Shown here one piece after another: positions 42,001 to 48,677 of a stretch of DNA of 64,000 nt. The DNA comes from Candidatus Pacebacteria bacterium CG2_30_36_39 (GTDB lineage Bacteria; Patescibacteriota; Microgenomatia; UBA1400; PJMF01), in contig MNZB01000002.1 of assembly GCA_001873435.1 (NCBI GenBank), positions 65,620 through 129,619 of the forward strand, given 5' to 3'. Each line of letters begins with the position of its first letter. Position 1 is the stretch's first letter. The notes below the pieces were generated by a model. That model made no database searches and was not told where the DNA came from. It saw only the letters and a list, made by a program, of their open reading frames with translations. Both the position numbers and the translations under genes were made by a program.

Positions 42001-43614
42001 CCCCGTGAGAGTGCCCTCACAAAAGCTGTCCCATGAGGAAACGGAAGAATTGGAATAAGCCAGAGTCGTGTAGACACTGTAGGTGCCGTTTTGGGACAAG
42101 GTAAAGTCGTCTAAAATAACAGTCTTGCCTGACTTTACTAACACACCATAATTGCGGGATTCAGCAGCTCCCGTGACTTGACCCGCAAGTTTCCACCAGC
42201 CAGATCCCTGATCAGTGTAGGTAGTGGTGACAGTTGAGCCGTTGTAATAAAGCTGGGCAATCGAGGATGAGACAGTTCCTCCCTCACTCCCACTGGTGTT
42301 GTCATAGACATAAGCCGAAAGATCGTAAGTTGAGGTGTCACCGACGTTGACTGATTGGGTAACTTTAGCGTCAGAAATAGACCCCACCAAAATTTGGTCG
42401 CCGCCGGTCGCTTCGCGACCAAGAGAAGAGGAGAAAGAGGAAGAGAGGTCTACGGGATCACTGGCGCAGCGAAAGCCAAGAGCGCTGTACTGACCGCCTG
42501 GCGCATTACCCAGATTCAAAGCGAATGCCCCGGCGCTGGCCGTAAGACTCCAATTACCGCCGCGGCGGAAGGCATTGTTCAATGCCCCACCATAAACTTG
42601 ACCCATGCCGTGAGCTGATAGATAGCCACTAGCTGGCCCATATAGGTCAATAGCGCCCGCTGCTATATTGGCATGGTTCCAGTCTAACCAGCCGACAGTA
42701 GTATTAATTGCTTCTGTTTGCACATCACTATTCCAGTCCCAGACGTTGCCAGACATATCCCAAATCTCGGTGCCGTTACTAAGGGTTAGCTTGGCTTTAG
42801 TGTCTCGGCCTGTACCGTATTCTGGATCAGCGCCGTTGTAACCAACACTCGTGGTTTCACCCACATTACCTCGGAACATTCCACCACCCGCAGCTACAGT
42901 GGAGCCTACTGTGCCGTCTGCCCAGTTAGAGGCTTGGGACTCGGCATTTCTAGCAATGGTCATCCACTCAGTGTTAGAGATGAGATGATAGCCAGATGGA
43001 CAAGCTGAGAGTGCCTGGGTTTGAGTGATGTGCACAATTGGCGCACCGTTTGCTGAAGAGACCACCTTGGCAGTATCAAAGCTAGCAATGTCACGATAGT
43101 CTAGTCCAGAGCCTGAGTCAGCAGGAGCGCTACAGGTGGCAGCCGTATCACCGTCTCCGTCTGCTGTACAGTCATACTTGGCTTCATAGGCCATCGCTAA
43201 GAAGGCTTTGTCATCTCCACCCGTCATAAAGGTGCTGTTACCTGGTACGGGGATATATCCAGCAGGGGTAGTCGAGCCGGCAATAGGGGTGATCGACCAA
43301 GAGGAGTTGTCGGCAGAAAAATCAGGGTTAGTGAACTTGTTAACTCCAGAGACTGGATGAGCTCCAGAACCATCTACTGCCACCAGATTACTATCATAAG
43401 TGTAGTTAGCCGCCTCCCCGGTACTAAACGTCCAGTTTTTGCTAGTGTCATTGAGGGCAAATACATTGGGGAAGACCTCGAATAGTGCTAAATAGATACC
43501 AGTTACAAGACCAATAGAAGAAATCAGGACAGTAAACGCATTAAGCTGAAAGCGGGACAAATGCCATCTTGGGGAGAAGAAGTAGAGCTTGAGTTTGTGT
43601 AGTAAAGTCTTCAT
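39034..43614 (-). CDS. DGR target: 1526-aa surface protein with N-terminal TM, FGE/C-type-lectin-fold domain carrying an internal VR, then Ig/FN3 repeats
   Basis: YEAK, CPSGYHLISNTEW, WDMSGNVWDW and RGGNW...GFRC motifs; FN3-like repeats (L.GL..GTTYYY). Confidence 0.9.
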   Translation of the reverse strand: MKTLLHKLKLYFFSPRWHLSRFQLNAFTVLISSIGLVTGIYLALFEVFPNVFALNDTSKNWTFSTGEAANYTYDSNLVAVDGSGAHPVSGVNKFTNPDFSADNSSWSITPIAGSTTPAGYIPVPGNSTFMTGGDDKAFLAMAYEAKYDCTADGDGDTAATCSAPADSGSGLDYRDIASFDTAKVVSSANGAPIVHITQTQALSACPSGYHLISNTEWMTIARNAESQASNWADGTVGSTVAAGGGMFRGNVGETTSVGYNGADPEYGTGRDTKAKLTLSNGTEIWDMSGNVWDWNSDVQTEAINTTVGWLDWNHANIAAGAIDLYGPASGYLSAHGMGQVYGGALNNAFRRGGNWSLTASAGAFALNLGNAPGGQYSALGFRCASDPVDLSSSFSSSLGREATGGDQILVGSISDAKVTQSVNVGDTSTYDLSAYVYDNTSGSEGGTVSSSIAQLYYNGSTVTTTYTDQGSGWWKLAGQVTGAAESRNYGVLVKSGKTVILDDFTLSQNGTYSVYTTLAYSNSSVSSWDSFCEGTLTGSTCSDDGVTASGNASVVYQLCLDDGSTCESGGSWNYWDGGAWATASNTTTHVNTAAELTQSAMQALSVTSQKISIKAIMGFGGADTPSITNLSIGLTTDTAAPDTNASAIAMTRTNGGTSMSSNDWTNNIAPYYSWTAGADNAGGVGLKGYCLYLGTDPDGDPATSKGLLGTSPVSTAGSTCQFIVAGTSIDFATTSYRGSTWLTTGSDPYYLNIKAIDNAENVFTGASEQFQFRFDNTPPTNVSYVSCPGGSFANVADMNFSWPTSGATATVDDNAGTLGWQYQINTTGGTWLGTTTESVLGINNYIPTSETSRTLTDAQDGSGIATGSNIVYFRSVDAAGNVSADASIRTCSLEYGGAAPTFGGSDTITVAPSSSTANSFALSWPEATATLGQSVTNYYYMVNVAPPSTLSTITGNAATYIDNGTAITVDATALPGVNKGSNTVYVVAVDDADNYSPSNYISGTFTLNSTDPDNVSNLVASDSSIKSESKWYATLTWTAPSYQGAGNLTYLVYRSADGTTFSQVGTTSGLSYVDNTPESAQYYYKIYTKDGANATSSGTNAVTITPTGRYTTAPTLSSEPSESGITTKKAKISWSTSRSADSKVAYGTSSGSYNTEEPSSSSQVTDHEINLTGLTAGTTYYYKAKWTDEDGNTGESDENSFTTQAAPTVFDVSAENVGLTSGIIQYTVKGASKVKIYYGKTTNFGAVKEVSTSTSETTYTTQLAELDDGTKYYYKINTFDSDNYEYDNQINDFTTLPRPKISGVRLETVANAAQTTIRVTWSTNTEVSSIVTYYPENNAGEARDEVKVLLEKGAHSMIIRNLAAQTKYFLVVKGRDKLGNEATSDIQRFTTATDTRPPQILNLKVIGGTIPPVWFAAGDVKAQLIVTWDTDEPASSQVEFGQGSGNTYSQKSQYDGNLTNNHTVILSGLVPSQVYHLRAISQDGTGNNTQSIDLVTIAPKATRSALDLVIKNLSEAFGFVTGVIPK
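42406..42420 (-). promoter_or_regulatory. DGR target-recognition hairpin 3' of the VR, embedded in the CDS
   Basis: Minus strand GGTCGC-GAA-GCGACC, about 36 nt downstream of the VR after a pyrimidine tract. Confidence 0.72.
42457..42575 (-). repeat. DGR variable repeat (VR)
   Basis: Ungapped 119-nt match to 45888-46006 with 18 mismatches, 13 of them at TR adenines (coding strand). Confidence 0.95.
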
Positions 43615-44462
43615 GTTAGTTGTTTCTTTTTTGAGGGAGGCAAGTAATTAGCTTTAGTTGACACTTTCTTACCACTTTTCTCTTCAAGCTCTTGTTTGGC
43701 GTTCCCAGCAATCTTACCACCTTCTTTGGCGGCTTGTTTGTTTTGGGAAAACCCTCGAGCATCTTTATTTTTAGCAATTTCGGTAGTAGAGGCCTCCCCC
43801 AGCATGGAGAAGATTAACTCCAGATCATTCATATGATCTCGCAAGTTCTCACGCTCAAGTCCTTTGAATTTTTTGTATTCTGAGGGAGTCATCCCAAAGG
43901 TAGCCTTGGAGATTTCTGCTGTTAGGATTGCATACTCGCGGTCTTGACCAACATTTCTCTTTTTCCATTCGTCTGTCAGAGTCTCGCGGATTTCTATTCC
44001 GCGCATGCGTTTCTCAATCCAAGAATCAGGATATCCTTTAGCCTTATATATGGCTCTAGTGCGTTTTGTGGCTAACTCTGGGTCTTCTATCTCTTGTACT
44101 CGTTCATAACCGACTTTGGCTAGCCAACGCTTGAAAGGTTCTGCTTTGGGAGAAGGGATAGACTGGATAAGTCTAAATATTCCCTCTGTATTCCAACAAT
44201 AAGCCTTTTGCCTACCACCTGGAGTTTCGATTTCTAGCATAAGGGGTGGTACAAATTGTACCCCCCCCTCATCGGTCAACTTAGCTAACTCCACATCTCT
44301 TGTTTTAAGTCTTTTGAAGTATTGGGATGGGTCTCTTGAATCTGTCAAAGATTGGATAACGTCGTTTATCACAAACCACCACTCATTATTGTGAATGGTT
44401 TTCCTTACTTTTTTGCCCTTAAATATGGCAATTTTAGTAGTAATTGTTTCTGGTTTTTTCAT
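43611..44462 (-). CDS. Bro-N domain protein
   Basis: WWFVINDVI..LTDS, RLIQSIPSPKAEPFKRWLAKVG and NLRDHM motifs. Confidence 0.85.
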   Translation of the reverse strand: MKKPETITTKIAIFKGKKVRKTIHNNEWWFVINDVIQSLTDSRDPSQYFKRLKTRDVELAKLTDEGGVQFVPPLMLEIETPGGRQKAYCWNTEGIFRLIQSIPSPKAEPFKRWLAKVGYERVQEIEDPELATKRTRAIYKAKGYPDSWIEKRMRGIEIRETLTDEWKKRNVGQDREYAILTAEISKATFGMTPSEYKKFKGLERENLRDHMNDLELIFSMLGEASTTEIAKNKDARGFSQNKQAAKEGGKIAGNAKQELEEKSGKKVSTKANYLPPSKKKQLT

Positions 44463-44565
44463 AGTTAATAAGCTCTATTCATCAATGACAAAATTAGCCA
44501 CCAATTTGCCTAATATTAATACTAGATTAGTGGTGAGTGTTTTGCAAGATGAGAGAAGACAATCG

Positions 44566-45663
44566 TTACTCAAATAAGCTCTTCATTAGTCCACGAGAGT
44601 CAGCGTGAGTTAAATGACCGATGATTGCGGCTTTGCTTGCCTCAAGTTCTTGAGTAGAGATAGTTTCATTTTTAAGTTGTTTCTTTTTCTTTCGCCAATT
44701 TCTCTCCATTCTAAGTAGAGTATTTCCACGAATCAAAATGTGATCATAAAAAACCCGGTAACCCACAAAGGGCACACCATTTTTGACGTCTTTGATATTA
44801 AGCTTCTTAGGGTGAAGGGACAAAGCCAAATTGTCTTTTAGATAAACATCTATCGTAGTTATTAGTTCTTTGAGGTACTCCTTGTCAGGATGAATGACGT
44901 AAAAATCATCCATATATCTGCCGTACCACTTGAGTTTTAACCTGTCCTTCATAAAATGATCAAGCTCATTAAGATAGATATTAGCAAATAACTGACTAGT
45001 TAAGTTGCCAATTGGTAATCCCACTCTTTTTTGAGTATTTATGCCAGGCGGTTGATAAGTACTGTTATTTGTAAAAAGAGTAAGTTGTTCTTTTGGGACT
45101 GAAGAGTTGCGATGATTGCTGGTGTGAGTAACAATAATTTTTTTAATCAAGGATCTTGTCTCTTCGCACTTGATAGTACGATTGATAATCGCGAGCAATT
45201 TATCCCAAGAAATACTCTGAAAAAACTTACTAATATCGCACTGCAGAGCATAAATCGGCGTATCTTTGCCATAAACACATCTAGCTGCCATGAGAAACTT
45301 TTTGAGTCTTTTAGCACCAAGGTGTGTTCCTTTTTCAATTCGACAAGCGTAAGCGTCATAAATGAACTGTTTTTCAAATAATGGCTGGATCTGTGCAACT
45401 AGCGAGTGTTGAACTACTCTGTCTCGAAAAGCAGGAGCAGCGATATTTCTTGCCTTTGGCTCATGCACTACGAAGTATGTATAAGCCTGGGGAGTGTATC
45501 GGTGGCGTGATAGCTCCCAACTGAGTCTATTGACATTTTCTTCCAAAAAGAAAGAAAAGACACACACTTTTCTCTTGTAGTGATTATCTAGTTGAGCTTT
45601 TTTGAAAGCATTATGTAAGTTTTGTAAGTTATATATTTTGTTAAACATGCTAATAAACGACAA
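44566..45663 (-). CDS. DGR reverse transcriptase
   Basis: FRDRVVQH, CDISKFF, GLPIGNLTSQLFANIYL and YMDD; no maturase or endonuclease domain; adjacent to TR and Avd. Confidence 0.95.
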   Translation of the reverse strand: MSFISMFNKIYNLQNLHNAFKKAQLDNHYKRKVCVFSFFLEENVNRLSWELSRHRYTPQAYTYFVVHEPKARNIAAPAFRDRVVQHSLVAQIQPLFEKQFIYDAYACRIEKGTHLGAKRLKKFLMAARCVYGKDTPIYALQCDISKFFQSISWDKLLAIINRTIKCEETRSLIKKIIVTHTSNHRNSSVPKEQLTLFTNNSTYQPPGINTQKRVGLPIGNLTSQLFANIYLNELDHFMKDRLKLKWYGRYMDDFYVIHPDKEYLKELITTIDVYLKDNLALSLHPKKLNIKDVKNGVPFVGYRVFYDHILIRGNTLLRMERNWRKKKKQLKNETISTQELEASKAAIIGHLTHADSRGLMKSLFE

Positions 45664-45887
45664 ACCCAGCTTTCGCAGGGCTTGTCTCTCGTACCCTTTG
45701 TTTTTTAGTGCCTATTTGCTTTACCATTCGCGCTTTGAGAATGGTAAAAATACGGGCATTATTTTTGTCTAACATAACATCAGACTGGAAAAAATCACTG
45801 TGATCCTAAAAACCCTGGATATATGTCCGTGAACACATACCACTCGTTCTGGCTACCACTTTGGGTACCTAAGTGGTAATAGCAGTA

Positions 45888-46006
45888 ATCGCTGGCACAG
45901 CGAAAGCCAATATTGTTGTTCTGATTGCCTGGCGCATTATTCAGATTCAAAGCGAATGCCCCGGCGTTGGACGTATTATTCCAATTACCGCCGCAGAGGA
46001 AGGCAT
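45888..46006 (-). ncRNA. DGR template repeat (TR), part of the DGR RNA
   Basis: Intergenic between avd and RT; 11 AAY codons; copy of the VR differing mainly at A; 3' hairpins at 45854-45878 and 45720-45748. Confidence 0.93.
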
Positions 46007-46045
46007 GCTGCGTTTTGTTAATTTTCCCCACGTTTAATCATACAT

Positions 46046-46384
46046 TTATTTACCTTTTCTCATCCAGCAATTTAACATTCTGCCAATCTCATTCAACTTT
46101 TCTGATCCCAGTAAATATTGCTTAACACTCATCAGGTGTAAGTCTTTAGTGAGGCGCAACAAAATTCTTAATAAATCTAACTCGTTTGAACTTAGTTTCT
46201 GAAAAGAATCTCTCTCAGCTCCTCTAGCGTTGTTGGCGTTTATCAAGCTTACCAGTAGTGACAAGCCCTCTTCTTCTAGTTTTGTACCTAAAATTTGTCG
46301 ATGGTTTTTGGGCAGGCGATTAATAATTGGGTATAGCCATAGTACAAAGTCATATGTTTTTTGGTGCAAGATAAATTTTTCCAT
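46046..46384 (-). CDS. avd: DGR accessory variability determinant (Avd, four-helix bundle)
   Basis: YDF..W......LPK..R..LG, LRILLRL..DL and EIGRML..W motifs; directly upstream of the TR. Confidence 0.9.
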   Translation of the reverse strand: MEKFILHQKTYDFVLWLYPIINRLPKNHRQILGTKLEEEGLSLLVSLINANNARGAERDSFQKLSSNELDLLRILLRLTKDLHLMSVKQYLLGSEKLNEIGRMLNCWMRKGK

Positions 46385-46591
46385 TAGTTCATTATGACAA
46401 TTAAAACTTATTTCGTCAGTTAGTTAAGGGGCCTTGCCCTTCATTTTGCAAGGGCTACGTAAATTGTTCCCTTTGGTCACAACCATTGCAAAACTCACCC
46501 CGCTTCTGGTTGCACCAGGTAAGGGAAGCATGGGCATGCTTCCCAAATATTAATTACTAGGGAAGCGCTACAAGAAAGGAAGGGTAGATAT

Positions 46592-46906
46592 ATGAAACTA
46601 CTCACAAAAACATTATTAAACAGGTTTGGAGCAGTCGGCAGACAAGAGGAGTCGGCCGATCCCTTGGTAATTGCCAAGTTCTTCAATCCCACAGGTGCGG
46701 GCACTTGGTACGCCACAGAATTTGATCCAGACTCCAAAGAGTTCTTTGGGTTCGTTTCGATTTTTGGTGATCACAATGACGAGTGGGGATACTTCTCCCT
46801 GGCAGAGCTTGAAAGCTATCAAGGCAAGTTCGGTCTTGGGATTGAGCGGGATCTGTATTTTGACGAGCAGAGAATCAGTGAAGTTGTACCCGGAGCAAAA
46901 TTATAA
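46592..46906 (+). CDS. DUF2958-like protein
   Basis: KFFNP.GAGTWYATE, EWGYFSLAELES and IERDLYF motifs. Confidence 0.8.
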   Translation: MKLLTKTLLNRFGAVGRQEESADPLVIAKFFNPTGAGTWYATEFDPDSKEFFGFVSIFGDHNDEWGYFSLAELESYQGKFGLGIERDLYFDEQRISEVVPGAKL

Positions 46907-47021
46907 ATGATTAACTGCCGCGGGGCTAACCACCCCGCAGATAGAATTAGAAAATATGATTAGAGGTTAAAATATCATGTGATATTATTGATATGTAGTA
47001 TTAAAACTAAGCAATAAAATT

Positions 47022-47255
47022 ATGACACTTGTCTTTCTTAAGCCTAATTGGCTAACAATTGTCCTTTTTAGCATATTACTGATGCTACCGGTTATAGATG
47101 GCTATCCCGCATTAGTTTTAATTTTTTCTTACTTATGGCTTGGTGAGTTATACGGACTTTTATTGATACTAGGTTTTACGATACTTGCTTATATTGTTGC
47201 ATCAGGCATATCAAGATTAACAATATTTATTACAAATAAATTGTTAAATAAATAA
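47022..47255 (+). CDS. Small membrane protein
   Basis: 77-aa hydrophobic ORF. Confidence 0.55.
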   Translation: MTLVFLKPNWLTIVLFSILLMLPVIDGYPALVLIFSYLWLGELYGLLLILGFTILAYIVASGISRLTIFITNKLLNK

Positions 47256-47270
47256 TACAGACGCAGTCAC

Positions 47271-47768
47271 ATGATTAAGAGATTAACCCCAATCATACTC
47301 ATAGTCATGGCAATTAGTGCTGGATATTTTTATTTAATTAAACCCACCGAAGAAAGTTTAGAAGCTCCAGGGAAGGACTGGGAATCAGCCAAGAAAGTAG
47401 AAGATTATTTTATTGAACGCCTCCACATGACTGTTCCTGAAGCCGAGCAGATCAGATCCAAGCCAGGAGTTGATGGAACAGTTGACTTGCGAATCAGTAC
47501 AGAAGTTACACTTGATGCTCTTATAGGCAATCTATATCACTATGGATTTATCAGGGATGAAAAAGCTTTTAGGTACGCTCTTGAGCACACCAAAGACACA
47601 ACCCCAAGCGATAAAGCTCTTAAGGTAGGAAATAACGGAACAATCGATACAAACGCAGAATATAGAATCTCTGAGAACATGAGTGCTTGGGAACTGGCTG
47701 ATTTACTGCTCAACAAACCCGCTGGACATTACTCATATGATAAATATAATTATTTTTTCATGCCTTAG
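47271..47768 (+). CDS. Membrane-anchored protein with a YceG/MltG N-terminal-like segment
   Basis: L...GFIRDEKAF...Y.ISENMSAWELAD.L. Confidence 0.6.
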   Translation: MIKRLTPIILIVMAISAGYFYLIKPTEESLEAPGKDWESAKKVEDYFIERLHMTVPEAEQIRSKPGVDGTVDLRISTEVTLDALIGNLYHYGFIRDEKAFRYALEHTKDTTPSDKALKVGNNGTIDTNAEYRISENMSAWELADLLLNKPAGHYSYDKYNYFFMP

Positions 47769-48542
47769 TTACTCGTCATCTGAATCGACCTTTTCCCAGT
47801 TACCAGCAAAAGCCTGCTCGTGAGTAGCTAAATAGACCTCTGTTTCATCTAGCGATGTCTCGTCATAAATTCTCCCTAAGTGTTTTTTGAGATAGATCAA
47901 GCTAGCAAACCCTGGACAGATAAATAGAATGGTTGGGAAAGGGTGTCCCGTTTTCTCCTCAAATTTGCCATCTTCCAGATAATCGTTATATTGCTCGATT
48001 CTTCGCCTGAGAGCAAAGCGTGGCGACGCGTCGTCGATTAGTTCGACAAAATAACGCTTAGTTTCATTCTTCTTATCAACTCTGGCAAAATACGCATCCG
48101 GCAGGGGGTGAAGTAGATAAGGATGAGCCAATAGATCAGTTTTGGTAAAAAAGTGAAGAGTATGAGCTGATTTCTGGGAGTCAGTTATTAGGTGAAGATA
48201 ATACTCAGCAATAAATGAAGACCTAGCGATAAACTGTTGAGAGCGCATTTTCTCTCGATAGACTCGCTTGAGAGCTCGCTTGTCTATACCGTCTCTACCT
48301 TCCAATATCTTAATACTGCCTGAGGCTAGGTAATATACGGCTGGTTGATTGGCTTGACCTAGTGAGCGAGTGTAGTGTTTGCCGATGTAGTTGTGAGTAG
48401 TGAGAATTTGTAGGTGATAGTTCGTTAGACGGATATTTTTGTGACTCAGAAGTTTAGAGATTTGACGACTAGTTAAGAAACGAAAACGATAAAGATAGTG
48501 AAGTATTGTAAGTTGGGATGCTGGTAATTGTTGACTGGCCAT
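47769..48542 (-). CDS. Replication-relaxation family (MOBC-like) relaxase
   Basis: N-terminal wHTH (LYRFRFLT..QI) and PDAY...YFVE PD-(D/E)xK-like core; next to VirD4. Confidence 0.8.
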   Translation of the reverse strand: MASQQLPASQLTILHYLYRFRFLTSRQISKLLSHKNIRLTNYHLQILTTHNYIGKHYTRSLGQANQPAVYYLASGSIKILEGRDGIDKRALKRVYREKMRSQQFIARSSFIAEYYLHLITDSQKSAHTLHFFTKTDLLAHPYLLHPLPDAYFARVDKKNETKRYFVELIDDASPRFALRRRIEQYNDYLEDGKFEEKTGHPFPTILFICPGFASLIYLKKHLGRIYDETSLDETEVYLATHEQAFAGNWEKVDSDDE

Positions 48543-48677
48543 AGTATATGGTGGGCAGTGTGGAATGATTGTATCATTCCTCTCCCTTATTTATAAGGAA
48601 TAAGAGGTAAAAGTAAAAATAAAAAAGGTTAATAGATCGGTCTAATCTCAAAAATACCATTTCCTACCGGTAGGTAA

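Noticed and set aside
44566-45663. RT as a group II intron or retron
   Set aside because: It has no maturase/HNH domain or retron VTG motif. The LTSQ motif, Avd and the TR/VR pair define a DGR.
45795-46031. 78-aa Asn-rich ORF resembling the target protein
   Set aside because: It is the translation of the template repeat. TRs keep an open frame but function as RNA.
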